Assembly (NCBI GenBank): GCA_051294905.1 | Contig: CM119371.1 | Location: forward strand, 37,760,001-37,824,000 | Direction: 5' to 3' | DNA: 64,000 nucleotides | DNA from: Botryllus schlosseri | Lineage: Eukaryota | Shown here: piece by piece, positions 1-11,620 of the stretch | Layout of the letters: every line of letters starts with the position of its first letter | Position numbering within the stretch: position 1 is the stretch's first letter | Program-made: the position numbers and the translations under genes | Notes under the pieces: model-generated | What the model saw: only the letters and a program-made list of their open reading frames with translations | What the model was told of the DNA's origin: nothing | Database searches by the model: none

Positions 1-51
1 AGTACACCCAATGTAGCTGTAACGTAGCGGCGGAATGCGTACTGCGTAGGG

Positions 52-1154
52 CAGTGGTTCTAACCTTTTTTCACCCAGCGCCCCTTTCCACAATTGCCTG
101 AGCCTGGCGCCCCCTATTTTGAGGACTGTAGTAAAAACAATTGGTAAGTGGTCGAAGTCCGTTTTCGGGTTCGGACTTCACTGTTACACCCCTCGACTAA
201 TTAACGGTACATTTGTATGTGTTATTTTCGGGATCAAATCCACATCGTTATAACAACGATCGGGTCAGGTCTACGGGCTGATAGCATTTGGTTCGAGATC
301 GATGTCGACATCCCCAATTCTCTGCGATTGGCAGTACAGGGAAGTTAATTGCATTACGTTTTGTTTTGTTTTGTTTTATTGCTTTGTGTGACTACTTAAT
401 CAACTGAAAAAGTGGTAGGGATTTGCTCACATTAAACTGCACGAAGCTCTCAACATAACATGAAGATATTCTGGCGATTTAATTTTGTAGCTCTCAAATA
501 CAAGTATATTTAGGTAATTATTTCGGCCAGAAAGCTTTGAAACATATTTACTGTACAAATGGCATCACTCTCAAAATTTGTACCGTAGCCTACAGTGCCT
601 TTCGATTTCGACACGCAGTGCGCTGGAGGCTAAAAATATCTAGCTCAACTAGTTTTGTGGAAAATACCCCGAGCTATCAGCATAAGTATAATTTTATTAA
701 TATTTTCATCATTTCAAAACACCACAAAACTGCGATACAATGGAAAGATAAGAAGGTGTCGAGTAGCTAGCGTGACGGGCGTGTTATTACGGAGAATAGG
801 CAATCTAAAAGTACGCTAAATTCGTTTAACATGAATTAAAACATACCACTGCAATCATGGAAACATGGTCGGTGGATATTTCGAGATGAGCGCAACGGAA
901 AACGTATTAATTTGACAGAATTTGTCGAATGTTAGTTTGCAATGAGAACTCGGGGATATATAGAACTGTTGTTTTACTTTATAATCCTATATCCTTAGTG
1001 AACCATCTACTATGAGGCCATTTTTCTTTAGCGTTCTCCTTACCACCCCCTGAGCCCAGCGCCCCCTATTTAGCACCCTTGGCGTTTCTGGCGCCTTCAA
1101 AATCCAAATCGACCCTTGGGGGGGGGACGCTGGAGACAAGGTTAAGAACCGCTG
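52..1154. mobile_element. Non-autonomous hAT (Buster/Charlie-type) element
   Basis: TIRs CAGTGGTTCTAACCT / AGGTTAAGAACCGCTG; 8-bp TSD gcgtaggg/gcctaggg with central TA. Confidence 0.8.
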
Positions 1155-2061
1155 GCCTAGGGGATCGAACAACGTTTGCGTCAATCTCGACAATTGATGC
1201 CGACCGACATATGCTCAGCGTACTTCGCACAGTGCACACCATTGGTGCCATCTTCTGTATCTGGGGACTCCATCTTGTTGAAAGACAGAAACGAAGAGAT
1301 CGAGAGCGAACAAAGTGGCATCCGGACACCATAGGCTTGGGTGGCTACCATATTAAGAGAACGACACGGGTCGTTTCGGCATCCACCTATTAGTGTATTG
1401 TATCGCATTGTCATATTGTCTTTCTTTGGCGGGTGATGATAGCCTATATAATCCGACGATTAATACGATTGCAGCAGACGAATCTAAGTCATCAGGTGGC
1501 ATTATCGGGTGAAAGTATATTCTTTAATCAACGTGATTAATTGGAGGTGTTTCCTTTTCTCGTTATGAGGTGGTATGCTAGACCCTCCTTCGAATATGTT
1601 GGATATGGTTTCAACTTAAACCTCTCAACTCCAGATTCCATATATTCACAGTACATTACATGCGTTGCAATCGGGCAGACAATAATTATGGGCGGGGTGG
1701 GGTTTTAAGTTAGAGAGTTAATATTCAGGCGAGAGATGAGGATTGGGCTTCATTATGGATGGGCATTGGGCAACACCAAAATATATTTCTGCATTTAGCC
1801 TGAAATATTCAATGCTTCCAAATCTGTTTGAATCTCATTGCTGCCGAACGAATTGAACAGATCTCTCAAAAGTTGAATGATATGATTTGACGAGAATCAG
1901 TATAAACTGCGGTATTTAATAACTGGCATGTGTGTGTTTGTGCGAGTCTACGAGACGTCTTACAACACTGAAACAATGGCACATATGCAAACCACTGCAA
2001 TATTAATACTGATAATTTCGTATTAATGTGCGTTCATTAGGATCATTATGAGCCTCTATAG

Positions 2062-2130
2062 CAGGGGTGGGCAATAATTTTTCTCCTCGGGCCAAATGAG
2101 TAGCAAAAAATATGTGTGCGGGTCGAGTCA
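2062..2130. mobile_element. Orphan hAT MITE end
   Basis: CAGGGGTGGGCAA...CGGGCCAAAT terminal motif, like other MITE ends in the window; no partner end found. Confidence 0.45.
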
Positions 2131-2394
2131 AAAATGTTAGCTGTATTCTCCAGCCCATTGATTTCCTAATTGAAAGGAGTGAATTACACTAATGGTGCTC
2201 AGGGTATGTGTCGATATTGGGGAATGAGAAAGTGGCGGTTAATTACCAAAACCGTATTTAATTGCCGTCATATTTTGAAGCAATGTTAAAGAATGATACA
2301 TTGTTAACTTTATTTCAAACCCAATCCGCGTTTTTCTATCAATATATTAAAATGTATTTGGGATGTCCGAAACAGCCCGTCGTCACCCCATCAA

Positions 2395-2832
2395 ATGGTG
2401 TTGGTCTTGGCCCCTTCAACACGCAAAGACGTGCTTCCTGCACTTCAACAAAGTAATGTAGTGTACGAATATAAGTGCCACTGTGATTGTGGCTACGTGG
2501 GAAGAACGTCAAGACGTCTGCAGGACCGCATAAACCAACATGTCCCCAGATTTATTAGAACACGTGCGTCACGCGATGTGAAAAGCTCACCCTTAACTCA
2601 TCCACTTAAGATCGATGCTGATCGATCAAAGGCCATTAATTCTGCCATCGGCAAACATCTGTTGGATAATCCGATTTGTGCGAATAATTATCGAGACGAC
2701 CGATTTCGAATCGTAGGACGAGGCCGTTCACAATTCCATTTGTGTGCCTTGGAATCAACTTTTATCAAAATATACCAACCAAAACTCTGTCAACAAAAGG
2801 AGTTCGTGTACCACCTAAAAATAGTACATTGA
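2395..2832 (+). pseudogene. Penelope-type GIY-YIG endonuclease domain (C-terminal fragment of the RT-EN ORF)
   Basis: SNVVYEYKCHCDCGYVGRTSRRLQDRINQH...SAIGKHL...ALESTFIKIYQPKLCQQ: GIY-YIG motifs with the Cys/His pattern of Penelope endonucleases. Confidence 0.9.
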
Positions 2833-2994
2833 ACGCTCTCTCATTCGAAATTTCATGCTGGTGACGTCATATTTTGTGATACGATTGTTGATATACAATG
2901 TTCTTTCCAATTCTCTACTAGTTGCTGACGATTACCCCTGACGAGTGTCAGCCGAAAATATTCGGGTTCATTTCAATATGAATATACTATTTAA
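2410..2994 (+). mobile_element. 5'-truncated Penelope-like retroelement (GIY-YIG end plus 3' pLTR with hammerhead)
   Basis: GIY-YIG ORF followed by a ~165-bp segment (2826-2994) matching the 359-bp units at 7.5-9 kb and containing a hammerhead core; 5' boundary approximate. Confidence 0.9.
2924..2967 (+). ncRNA. Minimal type I hammerhead ribozyme
   Basis: ACCC-CTGACGA-G-tgtcagc-C-GAAA-ATAT-TC-GGGT; predicted cleavage after C2963; upstream GCTGAC is complementary to loop-II GTCAGC. Confidence 0.85.
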
Positions 2995-4200
2995 CCTCAT
3001 AGAGTTATAAACCAAACTCCTGGGGGCTTAGCTTCCAGACCAGACCCTATCGGAATGCACGTTATAAACTATATTATTCTGAGCGAAACTTCTTGTATGC
3101 ACTAACTGGCAACGTGTTATGCCTTAATCGCGCCACGCGCGGAATTTTTCCATGTTTCACATTTTTTATCACCTGCCGTTTTACATAAATGATATATTTT
3201 AAATACTCTCCACGACTGCGAAACGATATTATTTTGTGTGTGGATTCTCTGATCATTCAAGACGCGAAATACAAATTGACGCGATGATATCGTTTTCAAT
3301 CAAATTGCTTGTTCTAAGTGACTTTGATATGAGATGCCCTCGGGTGTATTCAAACGAAAGAGGCAGCGACCGGTCGGCGTTCAGCCCGAAAACCTCTTCA
3401 AATGAAAAAGGCATACTTACAGATGTTGATTTATTTTGCCAATTTTTTTTTGTGCCTTGGTACGCACATGTTAGAGCATATAAAACCGGTTGCATAGGTG
3501 TTAGTCGAGTCACAACCTGCAGATCGACTAGGATCCAAGTAAGAAGCGGTTTTCTTGAGTTAACGTCTTTATGCTCGTACCATGATTCCAAAACTAAAAG
3601 ATTAAGTAGGGGTACAATTGAGTTGAAATTTTGAAATGAGAATTAATGACAGTAGTCGCGCATCTGCTCTTTTTGCAGAGAACATTATGATGCGTTTGGA
3701 GCGAAAAATAATAATTTTGAAAGATATTTATGGCAGCCAATGACACCGCGCTATTTAGATGCTTTGCGTAACGTAGATCGCGTGGGGCAGTCTAATATAC
3801 GCAATTTCAGTAGCAAATATCGGGTTGCACAAACTCTTTTTGAAAGAAAAGAGAACGGGCCGGGCTACAGGAAATTCTAGGTATTGATACTGAGCGTAAA
3901 TGATCAATAAAATAACTCAATACATACAGGTCATCAAATGTGCATTCTTGAATTTGTATTCCGTAGATTGTAGATTCGAAATGAAGATTACAGTTCTTTG
4001 CCTTGTGATTTACGCTTACGTCGTCTATGCTTCCGGGGGTTAGTATTTCGCATTATGTTCCGTGAAACATACGCATCTGATACTGTTTTAACAGAAAGTG
4101 ACATGGATCCGGTAGCGCAACACGTGAGTCGTTTGCACCCTCTCATCAACGAGTGTCCACGTCAGCCATTTTTAAAATCGGGTCCACATTTTTTGCAGCA

Positions 4201-4480
4201 TGTTGTTGTTGTTTGTAGTATTCATGGTGTTTGTCGACTACTATAGTCATTTACACCTTGACAAATTTCCTCATTTTTATTCTGTAGCTGCCGACACACG
4301 GCCTGCTTCTTGGCTTTTTTATACAACACCGCTTACGCGGATGATATGGCGAGGAGGAGCTCAGATAAGCCTCCAACACTTAGCTATAGGAGTTCTGGAG
4401 TAGACCTCGGTCGGACTCGAACCCGCAACCCAATGGTGTTGCAGCTGTGGATGAAATCACTGCGCTATCTCGCCTCATTG
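4201..4480 (-). mobile_element. tRNA-derived SINE, family 1
   Basis: A-box-like TAGCGCAGTG, B box GGTTCGAGTCC, (CAA)n tail, TSD gcagcatgt; homologous to 52464-52991. Confidence 0.8.
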
Positions 4481-5399
4481 CGCAGCATGTCCAATTTGCT
4501 TCTAATTTTCAGGCAGAGCAAGATGATCCACAGGACGGATATATACCCTACACCCAGGCCTACGGACCTCAATTTCAGCCCCAACCTCGGCCTCAACAGT
4601 GGCCGCAGCCGCAGCCTTGGCCTCAGTCTCAGCGAGTCAGACCGCGGCGAAATAGCTTCCTCAACATCGACCCCATCAATATATACTTCCTAATCAGTGA
4701 GTGGTTTAATTCTAATGTGACCCCGAAAATACATCTAATGTATTCATCTATCCACACCAGTAGCCTATATGTCATTGGTAGCAGACGCATACAGACTGGT
4801 ATCTATAATAAATAAATGCGAAAGATGAACTGTTTAGAGAAATCTTCATTTCAGATGCATGAGACCGACCACAACTACAACCCCTACGACCACGATTACG
4901 ACCACAGTAACTCAGGTGAAATACATATATGTATTAGTTAATAGTCAATCGATTGTTTAACTTGCTTGTCCACTACAAACATTATTACTGATCTAGGAAT
5001 AGCAAGATATATTGCGAATGCTGTATGTGTCGCGAATGTTCTGAGTCCCAGAGAATGGCGATTATGACTTGAATATATTGCTGTATCAAGACGTGACAAA
5101 TGTATTACTGGTTTGCCATGATAACAACATTTTCTCGTAGTACCTTATTAGTGTCCTATATTCACTATTACGTGAATAGGTATATCACATCTGATGAGTC
5201 ACGAAGGTCAAGTAAATACTGCAAGGCTAAGCGTGCAAACGGCCAACATCAGTTCGAATTAAATCACGATTGATCATAACTTGCATCAGGTAATTTTTCG
5301 TGTACAGTTGATTTCGTCGATGTTATTTCGAACGTCGGAGAGACCGAAACCGGCATAGAAGAGCTTCGACTAATTACAGAGACGAGCATGCATTTCGAT

Positions 5400-5436
5400 T
5401 GAGTAGTTGCTGATAATTTACCCCGACGAGTGCCAA
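5400..5436 (+). repeat. Degenerate Penelope pLTR/hammerhead remnant
   Basis: tagttgctgataatttaccccgacgagtgcca resembles the unit sequence tagttgctgacgattacccctgacgagtgtca. Confidence 0.5.
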
Positions 5437-7534
5437 TTGTCTATTGAAGTGACGTACTTCCAAGAAGCTAAAACTATACTTTATTTATTTTTGCCGGGTT
5501 TGGATCAGATAGGGATTTATCATCATTTTGAAGATGTTTGACTTGGATATTATATTTATAATTATTATCCATTATCGTGCGGCTTATGTAGCGATATCCG
5601 CCACTGCCGGATTTGAACTTCGTCGATTTAGACATCGTATCAAAATAATTACGGACTCGGACTTGAATTTGAATCTAAAATCCGGAACAGGATTTCGATT
5701 CGAAAATGTCAAATCGGCTTGACTCTAAAACATTTTGTCCTTTGTAAATATCTGACTCCCGTAATCGTTAGCAATTCATCTATTTCATATATTCAGAACC
5801 CGTTAGCTGGTTGGACTCGAGTGGATGATTGTTATTACCTCTTGTCTTCGACCACCGCAAGCTGGGACGCGGCCGATAACGAATGCAAATGGGCAATAGA
5901 TGAAGGCAGACTAGCCGTGGTCGGTTTCAGTCAGGCGTTGGATGATATAGAGTGAGATTCTTTTCCTTGCAAATTCCTAGTACCTGATTATTTCTTCCTT
6001 ATGGTAGAGACTATGTTGACGGTACGAATTTTTGCTAATGTCAAAACTAGTAGAAGAATTACCAAAATAATTTTCTACTCAATTAGAAAAGATTTCAAAG
6101 ACATCCCTGAACTACTTCAAAAATATAAGCGCGAATTCTACTAAACTACCTGGAGTTACAGCGATTTTACAAGTATTGCGTGAATCGATTCAGAGATCTG
6201 ATGAACGAGGTTGGCGCTACAGGAACCACTTTTAGATCGGTGCAAAGGGACAGGCTGTTGACACAACAGATGTCGACAGCACCGAATTTATTGCGCCGCT
6301 GGAAGCAACCGACCCGAATTCAGGCGACTCCACATTCGATATCGAGCTATTCGACGGTGCATCCGTTACCAATGATGAGGTAGTTTGCGGTCGGGTTGAC
6401 GCCGAAGATGCAAACAACCTTCTGTTCGAAGAGTGTAACGACAAGGGTCGCCGTTACATGTGCGAAGTTTGCCCTTAAAATAGCAATTGGCATCAAATCG
6501 GATACGATGAATGTCCCTTTGGCTGAAACCGAAGAATTTAAGCCCTGTCGGATAATAGCGGATTTGATGTAATGTTATAGCCCACCCAGATGGGACAATG
6601 CGATTAAATCTTTTTTGTAAAATTGAATGATGCCAGTAGTAATATAAATGTGCGATCGGTGCGCATGCAAGGATTATAATAAACAAACAAGAATTATCAA
6701 TATAAAAGATAGTGAAAGAATTAGCTCATTCTCAATTTTGCAGCAATACTCGAGGGGAATTCCCTTCTCACTGTGCGGCAATCAAGAAGGGGGAATAATT
6801 ACCAATAGAGAGAAAACGAACAAAGAATCTTGATTGACCTTTGTACTCAGACATGAGACTTGAGTACTTCTACTTGTGCTTTTCCACTCGCCTCCTGATT
6901 CTGCCTCGCCTGACCTCTGGACACGAGACTTGCGTATTTAGTATTTTTTATATTTCGCTCGAGCAACAATGGATCGGCCTTTAATTTCAATGGTATGCAC
7001 GCCGACGAATCGGTATAGTTCTCCTGTCTTGACTTGTCGTTCCGCGGTGGGTTGATTAATCCAATTACGTGGTAAACACGACGAGGCTTGGGAATAATTT
7101 CCTCGGGTCCGTATGTGAGATCCCGGACGACGGGGCTTGATAATAGTTGCCTGCCCTGCCCTGTTGTTCCGTGGTCCAATTTCGTTGCTTGGGAACAATA
7201 GTCCGTCAAACCACCCTGGGTGACTTGTCGTTCCGCGGTTGATTCAATTTCGTGCACGGTGGGTCATAATTGCCGGTCGTGACGTCAGTATAGTTTTCTC
7301 CTAATCCGTGAGATCCTGGTGCGTGTTTTAGATGTCAATAGGCTCGGCTATACAAAGTGGCGCTTGTTGTCTGTCTCATACTGTCGTACTTGACCCCATT
7401 AATTTGTTGTCGACCCAGACAGTAACGAGAAATGTTCTGTTATGGTTATAAATATGCGTGTCATATCGAGAACAACAAGGAATGCCGTGTAGTGGAAATG
7501 TGTATTATTAAATAGTATATTCATATTGAAATGA

Positions 7535-7578
7535 ACCCGAATATTTTCGGCTGACACTCGTCAGGGGTAATCGTCAGC
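7535..7578 (-). ncRNA. Minimal hammerhead ribozyme
   Basis: Reverse complement of the motif at 2924-2967. Confidence 0.85.
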
Positions 7579-7893
7579 AACTAGTAGAGAATTGGAAAGA
7601 ACATTGTATATCAACAATCGTATCACAAAATATGACGTCACCAGCATGAAATTTCGAATGAGAGAGCGTTCAATGTCCTGCTTTTGATAAATGCTGGTAA
7701 CGTCTTTTTTGCGATACAAGCCTTCAAAAAGGCTGTTGTTGATACCGCAGTTCTCAATCTTCCCCTAGTCTTTATCAGCTGGTTTAGGATGCGCAACTGA
7801 CTTTCACTGTACCGCTTTCGGAAATATTTGAAGAGCTTCTTGGAGGTACAGAACTTCAATATACAATTAAATAGTATATTCATATTGAAATGA

Positions 7894-7937
7894 ACCCGAA
7901 TATTTTCGGCTGACACTCGTCAGGGGTAATCGTCAGC
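7894..7937 (-). ncRNA. Minimal hammerhead ribozyme
   Basis: Same motif, 359 bp from the previous copy. Confidence 0.85.
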
Positions 7938-8578
7938 AACTAGTAGAGAATTGGAAAGAACATTGTATATCAACAATCGTATCACAAAATATGACGTCAC
8001 CAGCATGAAATTTCGAATGAGAGAGCGTTCAATGTCCTGCTTTTGATAAATGCTGGTAACGTCTTTTTTGCGATACAAGCCTTCAAAAAGGCTGTTGTTG
8101 ATACCGCAGTTCTCAATCTTCCCCTAGTCTTTATCAGCTGGTTTAGGATGCGCAACTGACTTTCACTGTACCGCTTTCGGAAATATTTGAAGAGCTTCTT
8201 GGAGGTACAGAACTTCAATATACAATTAAATAGTATATTCATATTGAAATGAACCCGAATATTTTCGGCTGACACTCGTCTACTATTTAATTGTATATTG
8301 AAGTTCTGTACCTCCAAGAAGCTCTTCAAATATTTCCGAAAGCGGTACAGTGAAAGTCAGTTGCGCATCCTAAACCAGCTGATAAAGACTAGGGGAAGAT
8401 TGAGAACTGCGGTATCAACAACAGCCTTTTTGAAGGCTTGTATCGCAAAAAAGACGTTACCAGCATTTATCAAAAGCAGGACATTGAACGCTCTCTCATT
8501 CGAAATTTCATGCTGGTGACGTCATATTTTGTGATACGATTGTTGATATACAATGTTCTTTCCAATTCTCTACTAGTT

Positions 8579-8622
8579 GCTGACGATTACCCCTGACGAG
8601 TGTCAGCCGAAAATATTCGGGT
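8579..8622 (+). ncRNA. Minimal hammerhead ribozyme
   Basis: Stem I ACCC/GGGT, CTGACGA 8593-8599, GAAA 8609-8612, palindromic stem III, predicted cleavage after C8618. Confidence 0.85.
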
Positions 8623-8632
8623 TCATTTCAAT

Positions 8633-8878
8633 ATGAATATACTATTTAATTGTATATTGAAGTTCTGTACCTCCAAGAAGCTCTTCAAATATTTCCGAAA
8701 GCGGTACAGTGAAAGTCAGTTGCGCATCCTAAACCAGCTGATAAAGACTAGGGGAAGATTGAGAACTGCGGTATCAACAACAGCCTTTTTGAAGGCTTGT
8801 ATCGCAAAAAAGACGTTACCAGCATTTATCAAAAGCAGGACATTGAACGCTCTCTCATTCGAAATTTCATGCTGGTGA
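8633..8878 (+). CDS. 81-aa mini-ORF of the 359-bp unit (Penelope ORF N-terminus fused to the 3' end region)
   Basis: MNILFNCILKFCTS...AFLKACIAKKTLPAFIKSR resembles the FL..C......P.FI N-terminal pattern of Penelope ORFs; expression unknown. Confidence 0.45.
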   Translation: MNILFNCILKFCTSKKLFKYFRKRYSESQLRILNQLIKTRGRLRTAVSTTAFLKACIAKKTLPAFIKSRTLNALSFEISCW

Positions 8879-8937
8879 CGTCATATTTTGTGATACGATT
8901 GTTGATATACAATGTTCTTTCCAATTCTCTACTAGTT

Positions 8938-8981
8938 GCTGACGATTACCCCTGACGAGTGTCAGCCGAAAATATTCGGGT
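8938..8981 (+). ncRNA. Minimal hammerhead ribozyme
   Basis: Same motif, 359 bp downstream of the previous copy. Confidence 0.85.
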
Positions 8982-9331
8982 TCATTTCAATATGAATATA
9001 CTATTTAATTGTATATTGAAGTTCTGTACCTCCAAGAAGCTCTTCAAATGTGTATTAGGCGCCCCAGCATAGATTAACTTAAATAAAGTAACATTATGAG
9101 TAAAAAAATAAGTAATTGAAGAAATAGCTGATTCTCAATTTAGCTCACATCAACGTGTTAACTTCCGATTTTACGTACTTAATAATTGGTGTAATTGCTG
9201 TTCCACACCTTTACCGCGTTCTAGCGTCTTCATATAGGACATAGACAGTCCAGGCCAAACAATGTATTTATGATGGGTTCTTTTTACTGCTTCACGTCTG
9301 GTCAAGCGTAATCATGACGGTGTCTGTACAT

Positions 9332-10234
9332 CAGTGGTCGGGAACCTATGGCTCGCGAGCCATATATGGCTCTTTTGGGTATAAGATATGGCTCTTTGAC
9401 TTATTTTTAATTTTGTACTTAGTTTTATCGATATTGCAGCAACGTGTTAGTAAATTTTCATAACGGCCAGAATAATTATTCTCGTAGCAGTATAAACAAT
9501 AAACATGTATGTAAGAGGTAAAGGCAGTGGCGTATTCAAGGTTAAGGGCTCAGACCCATTTACGAAATCCTCAAATTTAAGTTGCTGTAGCGCCATCGAC
9601 CGATATCCCTCGCGAATACGATGTACCGGACATCGCGAGCTGCGTAATCTTGGATTGCACCATACGTTGGTTGATAAGAGAATAGCAGACATTGGGACGT
9701 CTCTATGACAATCTAATTTTCAAATACACATTGTCTTCCTGATCTACGCTGGAAATGAGCTGCCGTGGAAGTGACATTTTAATTACAAATTCAAATTACA
9801 AACAACGCTGCGCTATCCACTTTTCATTGGTAATTCATCCCAGCTTACTAGTAGCCTACTGCTGTTAAAATGTAGGCATGTAGTGCAACGTTCATGTTAC
9901 CGCCGAATACTTTAAGAATTGATAAGTCGATCAATTCTTGGATTTTCGGAATCAGGGTTATTGTTATATTAAATCAATATCAGTTATTATAAATTCTGAG
10001 CTAGTTACGATGAATTGCGTTATCACAGGATGATTAGTAGCCTACGAGTTTTTACAGAGAACATATGGCGCCCATGACGAATCCCATGTACTGAGTTCGA
10101 ATTAGTGCGACCATGACGTCACCAAGTTCCAATTGTGACGTAACAAGGGATCCACATGTACGGCTCTTTGGGAGTTAAAATGGAAAATATAGGGCCAACT
10201 TGGCTCTTCAGACGAAAAAGGTTCCCGACCACTG
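9332..10234. mobile_element. hAT (Buster-type) MITE in the E1 left arm
   Basis: TIR CAGTGGTCGGGAACCT; perfect TSD ctgtacat. Confidence 0.9.
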
Positions 10235-10302
10235 CTGTACATGATATACAATTTACCGCGATGCTTTACCCGTCTGTACGATATATATCGATCGCGAGCT
10301 CG

Positions 10303-10595
10303 CCACGCACGACGCACTTGTCGTTCGAGAGCGACTCATTTCGCTGCAGACAATCAGCTGTGTACCGTAACGTATCCTCAACACTTGTTATGCCAACACC
10401 TCCACGCATATTTACAATATCATACTAAGGATATATTGCTTCGGCAGCCACGCACTGTCGCTCGAAGTCGACAAATTTCGCTGCAGACAGTCAGTTGTGT
10501 TCGCGTATGTGTCGTAAATATATCCTCAACACGTGTTATGCCAATACCTCCAAGCATATTTGCGGCATCATACTGCGGATATATTGATTCGGCGA
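10303..10595. repeat. Diverged tandem duplication (~145-bp unit x2); mirror at ~19307-19599
   Basis: atttcgctgcagaca...tatcctcaacac.tgttatgccaa.acctcca.gcatattt occurs twice. Confidence 0.7.
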
Positions 10596-11259
10596 AGTGT
10601 TACCGTCAGAGAATTGCTGTGTCACACCTTTGAGTCTCGCATTTCCCGTTCGAACTCGGTAACTGCGAGTGCGATGTCAGATTCAATTGTACAGTGACGA
10701 ATCGGGGTAGCTCGCTTCATCGGGGATCAGTGGACTGACCTTATTTGGCTGAAACGCGCTCGGTGGTGCAATAATGGGAATGAATTGTGACGGATCATAC
10801 GTGATGCGATCTATAGCCTGCTTTCGGTGAGGTTTAAAGATGAGTGGGAGATTTCGAAATCGGAATCCACTGCGACTATAGGGTTGTAAAATCAAAGTCC
10901 AAAAAATCCGGCTGGCACGTAACGTCCTGGTATTTCCATGTATTAGGCTGGTAAAATGTAGCATAAATCCGACTCTCAAAGACACTTGGTCGCATCCAGT
11001 CCGGGTTTAACCAAAACTGATGAAATCTGCGCCGGGTCCGGAAACGAATCGTGACCACCCCCGTCCAGAGAAAACAGTTCTGCTGTAATGGGAGTGTCGT
11101 TGTACATTAATTTGCGTACAGCGAGACTTTGTATCGACTCATTGGCGGACTTCTGTTTGTCTGTACAGGTGTTATTAGTGTAATTATATTTGCCACCACA
11201 AGGGGCATATTGGCAAAATCACACAACGATAACAACTTTACCCGACAACAACTCTCATG

Positions 11260-11620
11260 ACTTGTCGTTGGTACGCTTCCAATTTCGATGTGGTGCGATA
11301 TACGCGAATCAGCTGTGATCAATCGAGCGTGACACAATCGATGTCAGTCATCAATCCGCCTGTTTGGAAAAACTCGCGTTTTCGGGTTGACAGCAACACA
11401 ATGCGATGTATTTGATGTCACCATCGACCCTCCTATTTTAATAGGGTTACCATACGGCCTCATTTAGGGGAGGATATGTCCTCCTTTTCCAAGATATACC
11501 CTCCCTTCGACCAAATGTACCTTGTCAATTTGCTCCCTTGTTAGCTCAAAATCTCCAAAAAACACCGCGAATTACGCAAAATGCGGCCCTAGTTTACGAA
11601 AATCGGGTAGGTAGGTAGTC
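11260..11620. repeat. Diverged direct repeat within the E1 arm (second copy ~13230-13530)
   Basis: aatcagctgtgatca.tcgag.gtgac.c.atcga.gtcagtc...aaaactcg...GGGTT.CC.TACG shared by both copies. Confidence 0.65.

Larger units (their letters stand above)
3981..6478 (+). pseudogene. Secreted Pro/Gln-rich, Thr-rich, C-type lectin-domain gene A, frameshifted
   Basis: GT-AG exons 3981-4038 (signal peptide MKITVLCLVIYAYVVYASG), 4095-4123, 4513-4696, 4855-4915 (Thr-rich), 5797-5951 (GWTRVDDCYY..SWDAADNEC..GRLA), 6194-6478 (..IG..C..EEC..RYMCEVCP*); -1 frameshifts near 4860 and in the FWIG motif near 6233. Confidence 0.8.
7508..9045. mobile_element. Mini-Penelope / retrozyme-like array of 359-bp units with 5' inversion
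   Basis: About 2.15 units on - (7508-8280) joined to about 2.13 units on + (8281-9045); 12-bp TSD aaatgtgtatta (7496-7507, 9046-9057); empty site in the other arm at 20845-20856. Confidence 0.92.

Noticed and set aside
4310..4693. 127-aa ORF as an independent gene
   Set aside because: It runs through an antisense SINE and an alternative frame of lectin exon 3
5188..5212. CTGATGAGTCACGAAG as a hammerhead
   Set aside because: No GAAA and no convincing stems I or III
7508..9045. CRISPR array or plain satellite
   Set aside because: No unique spacers; the unit derives from Penelope and the block has a TSD
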